Below are positions 9,437-19,568 of a stretch of 64,000 nucleotides of DNA, piece after piece. The stretch covers positions 67,581-131,580 of the forward strand of contig JBAZNP010000001.1 in assembly GCA_041649155.1 (NCBI GenBank), read 5' to 3'. The notes beneath the pieces are model-generated. The model made no database searches. It was not told where the DNA came from and saw only the letters and a program-made list of their open reading frames with translations. The stretch's first letter is position 1, and every line of letters starts with the position of its first letter. The translations under genes and the position numbers were made by a program. The DNA is from Patescibacteria group bacterium (lineage in GTDB: Bacteria; Patescibacteriota; UBA1384; XYA2-FULL-43-10; 1-14-0-10-43-13).

Positions 9437-10123
9437 ATGGGGGTTCAAATGAAGTTAAGGTTAGAAGAAAAGAGAGAGGCCATTAAATTACGTCGAGATG
9501 GCTACTCTTACAATGAAATTCGTCAGATTATTCCTGATTTATCTAAGGGAACCCTGTCTGGGTGGCTAAAGAATATCGAATTAAATTCTGTTCAAAAAGC
9601 AAGAATTATATCAAAAATAAATTCAGGAGCCGCAAAAGGTCGCATCAAAGGCGCTTGGACAAATAAAAACAAGGCCATTGATAGAATAAAAAGAATTAAA
9701 TTGGCTGCAGCAAAAGAATTTGATGGACACGCCCTAAACCCAATCTTTAGTATCTTTTTAAGTCTTTATTGGGCTGAAGGAGCAAAAAAATCACGCTGTT
9801 TTCAGTTTGTTAATTCTGACCCTGAGATGGTAAAAATAGTTTTGAAATGTTTAAGAACACTGTTTAATATACCTGAAGAAGAAATTAAAATAAGAATTTT
9901 CATTCATGAAGTATATTCAAATGAGAATTGTGAAGAATTTTGGTCAAAAATAACCAATATTCCAATCAGCTCCTTTAAGAAAACTGTTTACAAGCCGACA
10001 ATACATAACATTAAAAAAAATATTGATTACAAGGGATGCTGTCGGTTGGAATTAAAGGGAAGTGAATTTTACTGGAAAGTTCAAAAGTGGATTGATATGA
10101 TGATTTTGAAATGTAATAATTAG
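9437..10123 (+). CDS. HTH + LAGLIDADG-like hypothetical protein between tRNA genes
   Basis: N-terminal HTH (LRRDGYSYNEI..SKGTLSGW), then LYWAEG..F.NSDPEM pattern. Confidence 0.6.
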   Translation: MGVQMKLRLEEKREAIKLRRDGYSYNEIRQIIPDLSKGTLSGWLKNIELNSVQKARIISKINSGAAKGRIKGAWTNKNKAIDRIKRIKLAAAKEFDGHALNPIFSIFLSLYWAEGAKKSRCFQFVNSDPEMVKIVLKCLRTLFNIPEEEIKIRIFIHEVYSNENCEEFWSKITNIPISSFKKTVYKPTIHNIKKNIDYKGCCRLELKGSEFYWKVQKWIDMMILKCNN

Positions 10124-10201
10124 CCCCCGTAGCTCAATTGGATAGAGCGCTTGTCTTCGGAACAAGAGGTTTTACAGGTTCAAATCCTGTCGGGGGTACC
10201 A
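10123..10201 (+). tRNA. tRNA-Arg(TCG)
   Basis: Cloverleaf with 7-nt variable region, CCA. Confidence 0.9.
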
Positions 10202-10214
10202 AATAATATTATAT

Positions 10215-10290
<76 letters not shown>

Positions 10291-10493
10291 AGTGAGCCGC
10301 TAATGTTTTCAAAGCTCGATATTTGGCTGTAGAACTGACTAATTTGTGGGTTGGAATAGCCATTTTCGCCCCATATGAGTCCAGAGGGGAATATCGAACA
10401 CAAGAGCGTGCGCTTCTCTTGTAACTCGGAATCTTTGTATGTTTGCAAAAGATTGCCGAGCTTATTTTTTATAAAGACGGTTATATCCGCCAA
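10291..10493 (-). pseudogene. Probable C-terminal remnant of a large serine recombinase abutting the tRNA 3' end
   Basis: EKRTLLCSIFPSGL.W resembles recombinase C-termini; frame runs antisense into the tRNA; no catalytic domain. Confidence 0.45.
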
Positions 10494-10748
10494 ATTATAT
10501 ATGAGGTAGACCAGAAACTCTTTCGCAATTTGTTCAAAGCGAAGTTAAAAATTGAGTATTTCGTTCAAAGTTGGTGATTGTGTCGGCGATAAATGCACAA
10601 TATTCCATTTCTCCCCGCCATTGCTTTCTAGTTTAGGTCTATCATAAAAAGTCATACTATGCAAAGCGCAGCATTAATAGTATTGAATGGTTCCTCAGAT
10701 CTTTATTTTTTTAGTACTGAAAGCCAAGATTAAATAGAACGCAAACAA

Positions 10749-11171
10749 TTAGTCCGTTTTTTTCTCTTCTCTAGCGGAATGTTTGCCTTCTACCAGTTCA
10801 GTTACCCTTTTAACAAGCTGATCAGGCATAATCTCGATTTTTAGAATGTAATCATCGGCTTTATTAGAGAGCTTTTCTTCTTCTCCTTTGAAAAAGTTTA
10901 GGGCAGTAAGAACCACAACCTTAATGTCTTTAGTTTTTGGATCGCTTTTTATAATTTTGAGAAATTCATCACCTTGCATCTTTGGCAACATAATATCCAA
11001 GAGCATTGCATCGGGTTTGTATTTATCGTCTTTTAATATCTCAATTGCTTTTTCAGCTGAGAAAGCAACTTCAACCTGCCACCTATCTAATTCAAAGCGC
11101 ATTTTGTATAGTTCGCAGCACCCTCTGCTGTCATCCACTATGAGTAATTTGTAGGACATTTTATCCTCCAT
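10749..11171 (-). CDS. Single-domain response regulator (receiver)
   Basis: LLIVDD, LLDIMLPKMQG, VLT, YILK. Confidence 0.92.
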   Translation of the reverse strand: MEDKMSYKLLIVDDSRGCCELYKMRFELDRWQVEVAFSAEKAIEILKDDKYKPDAMLLDIMLPKMQGDEFLKIIKSDPKTKDIKVVVLTALNFFKGEEEKLSNKADDYILKIEIMPDQLVKRVTELVEGKHSAREEKKTD

Positions 11172-11205
11172 GCGGAGTTTGTATTAAGTTTTTCTTAAAA
11201 TTAAT

Positions 11206-12864
11206 TTAAAGAACTCTTAAGTTAGTTCCATCAGAATGAATCTTCACTGTCTGCTTAATCTCTTTATACTCTAGTGGCAAAGAAAAGTAAAAAGTGGATC
11301 CCTTTCCTTTTTCTGACTCGAGCCAGATTTTGCCGCCATGAAGCTCAATAATGTTTTCAGATATATATAGACCCAAACCAGAGCCTTGCTGTTCCTGGGG
11401 GTTTTCCGGATCAAAACGACCTACTTGATAGAATTTTTCAAAAAGATGTTTTTGATCATCTTTATCAATACCGACACCGGTATCAGCCACAGAAATGATT
11501 ACGTTATCGTCTTTGACCTTTGACGTAACTGCAATTTTACCGTTTTCTGTGAATTTATTGGCATTACTGATTAAATTTGATATTACTTCACCAATTTTGC
11601 TTTGATCAAAGGTTAATTTGGGAAGATCTTTGCTTAATTTAATGTACGCAATCGAATTACTTTTTTCTTTAGTCTTAACTTCAAATCCTGAGACTATAGA
11701 AGCTATTAAAGCATCAAGATCAGACTCAGCTGCATTTACTTTTAATCTATGCTGATCAATTCTTGATACATTTAAAATATCTTTAGACAATCCTGCCAAG
11801 CGCATGGTATCAGTTAGAATTGGTTTAAAGAAATTTTTTTGCTCTTCATCCAGATGACACAGATTCTCTTCGACCGCCATGTTCAATTTACCTTGAATTA
11901 CCGTGATTGGAGTATTGAGCTCGTGGGTAGCCATTTGCAAAAACTCATCTTTCATGCGATCAAGATCGACAAGATCTTTCTTGTCTTTTTCGAGCTGGTG
12001 CGTTAAATTTTGCAATTGTTTGTTCTGAATAATTTCTTTTTTGACCGAAGTGATAATTAGATAACCGCCGTAAATAACAACCACTAATATAGAACCGTTT
12101 ACCAATCCTTTATTAATATCTTCGGACATCAGCGTTTGAACCAAAAGCGCCAGAGCAACTATCGTAACAGCAAGTTCAGTTAAAATAACTTTAATTTGTA
12201 AAAACCCGCGCTCAATAATTGCATAAGAGGCAAAAGCTAAAAAAATGACAACACTGTAAATTCCCCACCGATAAATATTTTCGTAGCTAGTAATCATTGG
12301 CATAACAAGGCTGAAAAATAAAGCCAAAACAGCGAACGCTGATGCTCCCAGCAAAACATAATAAATCTGGTCTCTTGTTATGCCTTTGTTTGTCTTAAAC
12401 TTAACTATAAGAGCCACGATGCTTATTGCAACATAGATTAATAAAAAGATTGAGTAAGGAATATAGAAAGGTCCGGAAGACACTTTGAATCCAACACTTA
12501 CACTTGGAATAGCTACCGCTACTTTGCCAGCTACTGAGAGAATAAAGAAAATTACCGGAAGCACTAGTGCTATGTGCCACCATCGATTTATGCTGTCGGT
12601 CTTGTTAGGAAAAGAAATGCAAAACATCATAAAAAAATAAACCAGCAATGATGCTGCAGCAAAGCCTAAATTCACATAGGGCTGGACAGTATTAATGGAA
12701 GAATATTTGGCAACCAAGCTAGAAAATATCCATATTGAAGTGAATAAATTGAATGCAAAAAACAATTTATTGCTGATATTCTTATATCCGCTAATTAGAA
12801 CTAAAAAACCCAGTGATAGACTGATGATCGCAACTAATATAGTAATTATTGAGTCAAAATCCAT
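11206..12864 (-). CDS. Multi-TM (7TM-type) sensor histidine kinase
   Basis: HELNTP H-box, NLISNANKF, DTGVGI, GSGLGL. Confidence 0.95.
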   Translation of the reverse strand: MDFDSIITILVAIISLSLGFLVLISGYKNISNKLFFAFNLFTSIWIFSSLVAKYSSINTVQPYVNLGFAAASLLVYFFMMFCISFPNKTDSINRWWHIALVLPVIFFILSVAGKVAVAIPSVSVGFKVSSGPFYIPYSIFLLIYVAISIVALIVKFKTNKGITRDQIYYVLLGASAFAVLALFFSLVMPMITSYENIYRWGIYSVVIFLAFASYAIIERGFLQIKVILTELAVTIVALALLVQTLMSEDINKGLVNGSILVVVIYGGYLIITSVKKEIIQNKQLQNLTHQLEKDKKDLVDLDRMKDEFLQMATHELNTPITVIQGKLNMAVEENLCHLDEEQKNFFKPILTDTMRLAGLSKDILNVSRIDQHRLKVNAAESDLDALIASIVSGFEVKTKEKSNSIAYIKLSKDLPKLTFDQSKIGEVISNLISNANKFTENGKIAVTSKVKDDNVIISVADTGVGIDKDDQKHLFEKFYQVGRFDPENPQEQQGSGLGLYISENIIELHGGKIWLESEKGKGSTFYFSLPLEYKEIKQTVKIHSDGTNLRVL

Positions 12865-12958
12865 TGAAAAATCTAGGTATTAATCATTAATTCATTATTT
12901 ATTATACAATACCCAAATCAGTGTTTACAATTTTAACAAAAAAATCGGGCCAACCGCG

Positions 12959-13627
12959 TTAAGCAGTCGGCCCTTGATTTGCTAGTGCTAAGCTAGCGCC
13001 CCAAGTGGGGTTGAGTTGTTCGATCAATACACTGAAGCCACAGGATCCAGGATCTCCGCCTCCTTCCACATAATTCCGGAAGATAACCGAAGGTTCAATA
13101 ACTTTGAAGCCGTAGTTTCCCAAAACTCTGAGTTCAGGGTCAAGCGGCCTTCCATTGCGCTGACTATTTACATATTTTTCGGGACTCATCTTGTCCTGAA
13201 AACGATGATAGCCAGGCATTCGGGTTATAAACCTGCATCCGCGCTTCCTCTCTGCTACTGCGTAGCCGAATAGGTAGCTGATCAGGCACTCGGTCATGCC
13301 GGCTCGACAACCTTTAGATGTTACTGCGAGGCCAACTCCATGAAGCCATTCACCGTATGGGTTATGAGTCCTTGTGATGTGGCCAGAATCAGTCGCTTCG
13401 TTCCATGTGGGGCAGAGTATGAGATTGTCATTTGCAAGTTGCACGGAAACATAGCCTTCAATGTTGCCATCGATCTCACCAACAACAATTCCGCATTCAG
13501 GGAATGTTGTGATGCGATCAATAAACATCTGCTCATTTCCTTGCCAAATGCTCTTCCATGCTTGGTCACAAACTCGAATGACATCATCAACATCGGTCAC
13601 CACTGCGGGTCTTACTTTCATGTTCAT
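12959..13627 (-). CDS. GNAT acetyltransferase (YkwB-like); likely start 13627
   Basis: GLAV...RAG acetyl-CoA motif, RMPGYH..LDPELR; ATGA overlap with upstream small ORF. Confidence 0.75.
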   Translation of the reverse strand: MNMKVRPAVVTDVDDVIRVCDQAWKSIWQGNEQMFIDRITTFPECGIVVGEIDGNIEGYVSVQLANDNLILCPTWNEATDSGHITRTHNPYGEWLHGVGLAVTSKGCRAGMTECLISYLFGYAVAERKRGCRFITRMPGYHRFQDKMSPEKYVNSQRNGRPLDPELRVLGNYGFKVIEPSVIFRNYVEGGGDPGSCGFSVLIEQLNPTWGASLALANQGPTA

Positions 13628-13746
13628 TTTACACCTCTGTCTCCACCGCATTGGTGGGATGTCGTTCTTAGTATCTCAAGTTGCCTAATTATGGAGGCAG
13701 CCCGAGTTACCTGGACATTACTTTGTCCAAGCTTTTCTGCTGCCAT
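13624..13746 (-). CDS. Unannotated 40-aa ORF translationally coupled to the GNAT
   Basis: RBS GAAAGGAG; MAAEKLGQSNVQVTRAASIIRQLEILRTTSHQCGGDRGVK*; TGA overlaps the GNAT ATG. Confidence 0.5.
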   Translation of the reverse strand: MAAEKLGQSNVQVTRAASIIRQLEILRTTSHQCGGDRGVK

Positions 13747-13932
13747 AGGCAACTCCTTTCAGTTTTCAATGTACTCTAAGCTCATTATACTATATACAAT
13801 AGCGAAGATGTGTTGTATTCTACCACAATTACTCTTATTTGTCAATCGTAGTGTTGACAAAATCGTCATTTAGTGATATTAGTATTATAGAATTGCTGGT
13901 TGCAATTCAAAAACTGCAGTAGGAGATCTTCT

Positions 13933-14028
13933 ATGAAAAGAAAGTTCCGCATCCTTAATCGTGGTAACGCCTCAGTTGTCGTTCTGACGAAGGAATCCCA
14001 AGGCGTCATGTATTACCGGGGCCAGTAG
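13933..14028 (+). CDS. Putative RiPP precursor peptide (31 aa)
   Basis: RBS AGGAG; MKRKFRILNRGNASVVVLTKESQGVMYYRGQ*; directly upstream of the rSAM/SPASM gene. Confidence 0.75.
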   Translation: MKRKFRILNRGNASVVVLTKESQGVMYYRGQ

Positions 14029-14054
14029 TCCCATGGGCGTAAGCCCAGCCAACC

Positions 14055-14092
14055 TGGCGAGGCTGATTCCGATCACGCCTCGCCATTTTTTT
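14055..14092 (+). terminator. Intrinsic terminator/attenuator between precursor and maturase
   Basis: TGGCGAGGC...GCCTCGCCA followed by T7. Confidence 0.8.
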
Positions 14093-14111
14093 CAGAAAGG
14101 GAGCTATTTAG

Positions 14112-15542
14112 ATGAACGTGAGCCTGTCTGAAAAGCCATCGATCGATTATCGAGGCGATTTAGCAGTGGTGATATTCCCTTCTAAACCTTACTGGTTCTC
14201 TGCAACAAAAGAAATTGCAGATATCCTCGAAGCCTTTGAATTAGAGGAGGAAGGTAAAATCACCAGCAGTATCGCAGACAGTTTACAGGTCTCTGTAGAA
14301 GAAGCAAGAGAAATCTATGCAGAGACTACGGATCTGCTTTATTCGTCCGGTGTATTATCTATAGATGGAAGGTACGCCAAGACAACAGAGTTTGCGCCAA
14401 ACTTCCAAGTCAATGATGTCGAAAACGTGCTTGTCATCGCTACTACTCAGAAATGCAATATGGAGTGTGAGATGTGCTATGCACACGCAAGAAAACCACT
14501 TCCCAATGAGATGGCAACGGGAGAAATCAAGACTATTATCGATCAACTCTCCGAAATGCCTTGGCAAAACGGTATTTCTCGCGTTGCTTTGACTGGTGGA
14601 GAGTTGTTTACCCGTCCAGATGCTATCGATCTGATTGGTTATGTCCACGAGCATGGATTCTTTGCTCAAGTGAATACCAATGCGACTTTACTTGATGACA
14701 GTCAAATCAAAAGGCTTGCCGAGTTTCCGCGACTTAAAATGTCGATTTCGCTAGATGGCTGCAGGCCCGAGACACATGACTTCATCAGAGGCGCAGGGGC
14801 ATTCGATACAACCGTCCGGAACATTCGCCTGCTATGTGAAAATGGCGTGTCGGTAGCGATCAACATGTTTGTTCATCGGGACAACATTGGAGAGATCAAG
14901 GAAACACTTCTTCTGGCTGATTCATTGGGAGTCGAAGGGTTTAATTGCCTGAATATGATGAACGTTGGGCGAGGAAATAGCAAAAAGGCAAAACGACTCC
15001 TAGTCGCAGTTCCAGTAGCAGAATTCTATCGCAAGGTTTTTGACGCCGTCCGCGAAGATCATCGGTTGCAAAAGCTGATGATGAATTCCACTTTTGCCAA
15101 TCAACTCATGGGAATTGCCGGAGGAGTTAAGAGCTTCGGTTGTGGAATAGGCACTAACCGAGCTGTCTACGTGAAAGCCGATGGCTCTATCTATCCCTGT
15201 GCCGATACTGCTTTACCGGCATTTCGCCTAGGAAACCTACGCACTGACAGTATGTCTGAAATTTGGGAGAATTCGCCGATCTTAGAGAAGCTTCGCTCTC
15301 TTAATATCGACACCATGAATCCAAAATGTTCGGCATGCGATGTTCGGTATCTCTGTGCGGGCAACTGTCGCGGAGAGAATTATCAGACAACCAAGAATAT
15401 AAAAAGTCCCCATTTCAAGTGTGACGAGATACATACCTCCATCCTCGAGTTGATGTGGATCCTTACCGAAGAGCCCGATCTCTTCAAGTGTAAAGTTGAC
15501 AACCTTTATGCAACAGTGAACTCACATGCTTCAACAGCATAA
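14112..15542 (+). CDS. Radical SAM/SPASM-domain peptide maturase with ~100-aa N-terminal extension (possible RRE)
   Basis: CNMECEMC, GGE, SPASM CGIG..IYPC..CSACDVRYLCAGNC..C. Confidence 0.92.
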   Translation: MNVSLSEKPSIDYRGDLAVVIFPSKPYWFSATKEIADILEAFELEEEGKITSSIADSLQVSVEEAREIYAETTDLLYSSGVLSIDGRYAKTTEFAPNFQVNDVENVLVIATTQKCNMECEMCYAHARKPLPNEMATGEIKTIIDQLSEMPWQNGISRVALTGGELFTRPDAIDLIGYVHEHGFFAQVNTNATLLDDSQIKRLAEFPRLKMSISLDGCRPETHDFIRGAGAFDTTVRNIRLLCENGVSVAINMFVHRDNIGEIKETLLLADSLGVEGFNCLNMMNVGRGNSKKAKRLLVAVPVAEFYRKVFDAVREDHRLQKLMMNSTFANQLMGIAGGVKSFGCGIGTNRAVYVKADGSIYPCADTALPAFRLGNLRTDSMSEIWENSPILEKLRSLNIDTMNPKCSACDVRYLCAGNCRGENYQTTKNIKSPHFKCDEIHTSILELMWILTEEPDLFKCKVDNLYATVNSHASTA

Positions 15543-15585
15543 AAACAAGAGAGATATATTACAACAATCGCTTAGGTCAAATGGT

Positions 15586-16281
15586 CTAAGCGATTTTCTT
15601 TACTATTAAGATTAACCTAGGACTATATATCGAGTATTCCCTAAAATCATAATCCCCAATAACCTTTTGAATAGAAAACTTTGATTTTTCCATCCATTGT
15701 TCCCAAATCGGCAAAGGCGGATATGGGATATCTAATTTTTTCTTGTCGTCTATAAGTTTGAATTCAGTGGCATCAAACTTATAATTAGAATCAGGGTTCT
15801 TTAGAAGATAGGAAATAATTCTAAAGATATTATCGGTATCAAAAAGAACCATGCCGCCAATTTCGATATTATTACTAATCGAGTTTATTGCCGTAGGAAT
15901 ATCAATATTCGCTAAATCTGAAAAAAACCAATAGGCTTTGTTGTACTTCTTGGACAATTTTAGGCTCATAATATCAGAAATAAAATATTCTGATTTCTCT
16001 CCTTTTAATCCAACGGCGGATTCTTTGGCTTTTTTGATTAGGTGCTCAGAAAAATCTGTACCATCGACATGATAGCCCCTCTGGGCAAGATAGTTAGTGT
16101 GTCTGCCCTGTCCACAAGCGATGTCTAAAATCTTGTCATCTTGCTTTAAGCTTAAAGCTTTAACTAAAAAGTCAGTGTCTTTTTCAAGATTTGCAGAATC
16201 TAAAAAAAGACGATGATCAGTTAAATACTCACCTGAAGATCCATAATATTTTTTTAGATAATTGTTTGTCATAATGCCCAA
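15586..16281 (-). CDS. Class I SAM-dependent methyltransferase
   Basis: ILDIACGQGRH motif I. Confidence 0.9.
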   Translation of the reverse strand: MGIMTNNYLKKYYGSSGEYLTDHRLFLDSANLEKDTDFLVKALSLKQDDKILDIACGQGRHTNYLAQRGYHVDGTDFSEHLIKKAKESAVGLKGEKSEYFISDIMSLKLSKKYNKAYWFFSDLANIDIPTAINSISNNIEIGGMVLFDTDNIFRIISYLLKNPDSNYKFDATEFKLIDDKKKLDIPYPPLPIWEQWMEKSKFSIQKVIGDYDFREYSIYSPRLILIVKKIA

Positions 16282-16286
16282 TTATT

Positions 16287-17186
16287 TTATCTTCTAGTAC
16301 TATGTTTGTCAAGAATTCGTAGGAACTCCTGAAGCCATGTTTTAGTCCAAGCAGTATTAGGAGTATCAGTAAGTAATTCAGGTAAAATCTGCGAAATTGT
16401 TTGGAGAAGAAAATTGTACTCAATAGCGATTTCGTCGACTGAATCCTGATTTGGGAGTTGGAACTCTGAATTTCCAGCCGTTAATCTCTCTGTGTTCAAC
16501 AAAGTTGATAAGTCATAATGATTATTGTTCACCTGGCAGTTTTCCCAGTCTAATATGTATAATTTCTGATTTGCTCTTATAGCGTTACCGTGCCAAAAGT
16601 CTCCGTGAGTCAGTACCTGTGGTAAATTGTTTAAATATTCGAGCATAATCGAGAATGCTTCTTCGTTGTTTTTAATTAATGTAGTTAACTCCCTGTATGC
16701 TAAATTTTCTTCAAGACTAGTACAAATCTGATTTAGATAAGCAAGAAATTGTGCTTCATTATCATATTCGCCTGCCATAATTTGACTATATGAATCAGGT
16801 ATCTCAATTTTTTGAATTGCCGGCAAAACATCCAGCATGCCATGGGGATCAACTGTCCCATCTGATTCAAGATATTGGAATATTTCAAATCCCTCTATTT
16901 CTCCAATTAGGTCTGGAATACTATCAGATAAGTCATTTGAGAAATGATGGTAGAACAATAACTCTCTATCCTGACCATTTACTAATAAAGGAGAGCTATT
17001 CCGCGGTTTCTTGCATATATATTGTTGCAAACGTCCTTCCTTATCGTCACCAGCAATTAACAGAATATTTTGTTGGAGACGAGAAATTCTAGCTTGTTGA
17101 ATATTCAATTTTTCAGCTATTACATCGGTTATGTTTGGCTCTTCCTCTTCTTGCATAATTCCGTTATTTTCTATCTCTGCCATCAT
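16287..17186 (-). CDS. Aminoglycoside phosphotransferase/choline kinase-like protein
   Basis: HGDFWHGN, ILDWE. Confidence 0.85.
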   Translation of the reverse strand: MMAEIENNGIMQEEEEPNITDVIAEKLNIQQARISRLQQNILLIAGDDKEGRLQQYICKKPRNSSPLLVNGQDRELLFYHHFSNDLSDSIPDLIGEIEGFEIFQYLESDGTVDPHGMLDVLPAIQKIEIPDSYSQIMAGEYDNEAQFLAYLNQICTSLEENLAYRELTTLIKNNEEAFSIMLEYLNNLPQVLTHGDFWHGNAIRANQKLYILDWENCQVNNNHYDLSTLLNTERLTAGNSEFQLPNQDSVDEIAIEYNFLLQTISQILPELLTDTPNTAWTKTWLQEFLRILDKHSTRR

Positions 17187-17479
17187 AAATTCCTGTTTAG
17201 TTGTTTAGTATTGCAAAAAAACACTATATAAATATATTAGCATTTTTTAAAAATAGTAGCATTAATTTGCAGTGGTTTGGCACATCAAGCACGTTTCGTT
17301 TATAGTGCTTTCTTAAGATTTTCTTAATGTTGTTTTGCTATGCTTGATAATAGATGTTTTTAAAAAATATTCTCTAATCAATTTTATATATCAAGCTCTA
17401 GACCAAACAAAACCCAAACTTGTCCACAAAATTCAAACTTGAGCAAAAGCAAATTTGAGAGCAGTATTTAAGGGATTTT

Positions 17480-17728
17480 CAAGACAATAAAAAAACAATA
17501 CCAACTATTTTGACAACATCGCAAAAACTTTCAACAGGTGTTGACGCGCGAAATATTCGTAATATCGTCCTGATGCGCCCTGTTAATTCAATGATTGAAT
17601 TCAAACAAATCGTGGGGCGAGGAACACGATTTTTTGACGGCAAAGAATACTTTACAATTATCGATTGGATGCCTATCATCATTTTTCTGATCCAGCATGG
17701 AGTGGGGTACCAGGTAAAAATTGAATAA
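17480..17728 (+). pseudogene. Fragment of type I restriction enzyme HsdR helicase C-domain
   Basis: TTSQKLSTGVDA.N.RNIVLMRPVNSMIEFKQIVGRGTR; truncated at both ends. Confidence 0.8.
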
Positions 17729-17885
17729 TTTTGTAATAAAAACGGCTAGAAACCGTTTTTTTTGAAATCTAGCTAAATCCAAACGATATAGCTTGCTATC
17801 ATTACGTCTAGATACTCTCGAATTTATCGTCTGGTTGGTGGTATATTAATATTAGCAATTAAAAAATAATTCAACGAGGAAAATC

Positions 17886-19028
17886 ATGGATTATGATAAA
17901 AAATCACTGAAAGCGCATCGACAAAAAAATGTACTGAAAGTAAAACCTAATGTTAAATTAATAAATAAAAACGACCTGTCTGTTTACTACACACCTGGAA
18001 TTGCAGCAGTGTCCCGAAAGATTGCCGAGAAAAATAATCGGGTATTTGATTATACAATGAAGCGAAATTCTGTTGCAATAATAACTGATGGATCAGCAGT
18101 ATTAGGCTTGGGCAATATCGGACCAGAAGCAGCTTTGCCGGTGATGGAGGGTAAAGCATTATTATTCAGTAAATTTGCCAACATTGACGCTTTTCCGATT
18201 TGTTTAAATACCCAAAATGTTGATGAGATTGTCCGGACTGTGGAAATTATTGCACCAACTTTCGGCGGAATTAATCTTGAAGATATTTCAGCACCCAGAT
18301 GCTTCGAAATTGAGGAACGCTTGCAAAATCTTGACATTCCAGTAATGCATGACGACCAGCATGGTACGGCAATCGTGGTTTTAGCTGGTTTAATTAACTC
18401 GCTAAAAGTTATCAACAAAAAGATTGATGAAGTTAAAATTATTATTTCAGGCGTAGGCGCAGCCGGTACAGCAATTGCCAGATTGATTTATTCTTATTCA
18501 AAAGAAAAAGCTCTGATAATTACAGTTGACAGCAAAGGAGCAATTTGCAATCTTCGCAGCGATTTAAATAAAGAAAAAACAAAACTTCTGCGATTAATCG
18601 GAAATCAAGAATGCGGCTCTCTAGAGGATGTTATTAAAGGCGCCAATGTTTTTATTGGCGTATCAGCACCAAATATTCTTTCAAAAAAAATGGTGGAATC
18701 AATGGCAAAAGATCCGATTATTTTTGCAATGGCAAATCCAATTCCCGAGATTAATCCAAAATTAGCCAAAGAAGCGGGGGCCGCGATTATTGCTACTGGT
18801 CGATCTGACAATCCAAATCAAATCAACAATGTGTTAGCTTTTCCAGGCATTTTTCGAGGTGCTTTGGATGGGCATGCTAAGACAATCTCGGAGAATATGA
18901 AATTTTCAGCCTCTTTAGCTCTGGCTAATTTAGTTTCAAAACCGACTCCCGAAATGATTATTCCCGATGCATTAGACGCTAGTGTTGTATCAGCAGTGGC
19001 AGAAGCTGTTAAATCAGAAATTATTTGA
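17886..19028 (+). CDS. NAD(P)-dependent malic enzyme
   Basis: YTPG, VMEGK, INLED, HDDQHGTA, GAAG, NNVLAFPG. Confidence 0.95.
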   Translation: MDYDKKSLKAHRQKNVLKVKPNVKLINKNDLSVYYTPGIAAVSRKIAEKNNRVFDYTMKRNSVAIITDGSAVLGLGNIGPEAALPVMEGKALLFSKFANIDAFPICLNTQNVDEIVRTVEIIAPTFGGINLEDISAPRCFEIEERLQNLDIPVMHDDQHGTAIVVLAGLINSLKVINKKIDEVKIIISGVGAAGTAIARLIYSYSKEKALIITVDSKGAICNLRSDLNKEKTKLLRLIGNQECGSLEDVIKGANVFIGVSAPNILSKKMVESMAKDPIIFAMANPIPEINPKLAKEAGAAIIATGRSDNPNQINNVLAFPGIFRGALDGHAKTISENMKFSASLALANLVSKPTPEMIIPDALDASVVSAVAEAVKSEII

Positions 19029-19083
19029 TAGAATCTCCTGTCTGATTGCTAACGCTTAGATATTAACAATACGTTTAATTTTA

Positions 19084-19443
19084 TTGAATAATAGTCAAGG
19101 AGGAATATTGATTAGAGAAAAAATAATGCATTGGACACCCAGAGTGTTGTCTGCGCTTCTTACTCTTTTTTTTCTAAGTTTTGTGTTAGAGACCTTTTCA
19201 CCGCAATTTAGTTGGCAAGATGGTCTTTCTCACTTAATACTGGGTCTTCTGACCCTTGGCATTACTATACTAGCGTGGAAAAAACCTCAAGCAGGCGGAA
19301 TGATTTTCATGCTCATTGGCGGAAGTTTTCTTATTGCAATTAAGGAAAATACTCCGGCATTTTGGATAATCGGTTTAGTACCCCTTACCATAGGACTGCT
19401 TTTCTATCTATCAGAGACAAGGGGAAAGGATCAGAAAGTTTAA
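19084..19443 (+). CDS. Hypothetical 4-TM membrane protein
   Basis: Four hydrophobic segments; start uncertain. Confidence 0.7.
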   Translation: MNNSQGGILIREKIMHWTPRVLSALLTLFFLSFVLETFSPQFSWQDGLSHLILGLLTLGITILAWKKPQAGGMIFMLIGGSFLIAIKENTPAFWIIGLVPLTIGLLFYLSETRGKDQKV

Positions 19444-19568
19444 AGCAATAAAACAAGAATAATATTTGTTATTTCTCAATAAACTCCAATGACTAAGCGA
19501 GAATACTTTGCTAATTTTAATCTAAAAGATAAAAGTAAAAGGAGGCTCATGGGAGGTGATTACGAAAT

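Noticed and set aside
13340-13873. 177-aa plus-strand ORF upstream of the rSAM cassette
   Set aside because: Antisense to the GNAT and its coupled small ORF; no RBS or motifs.
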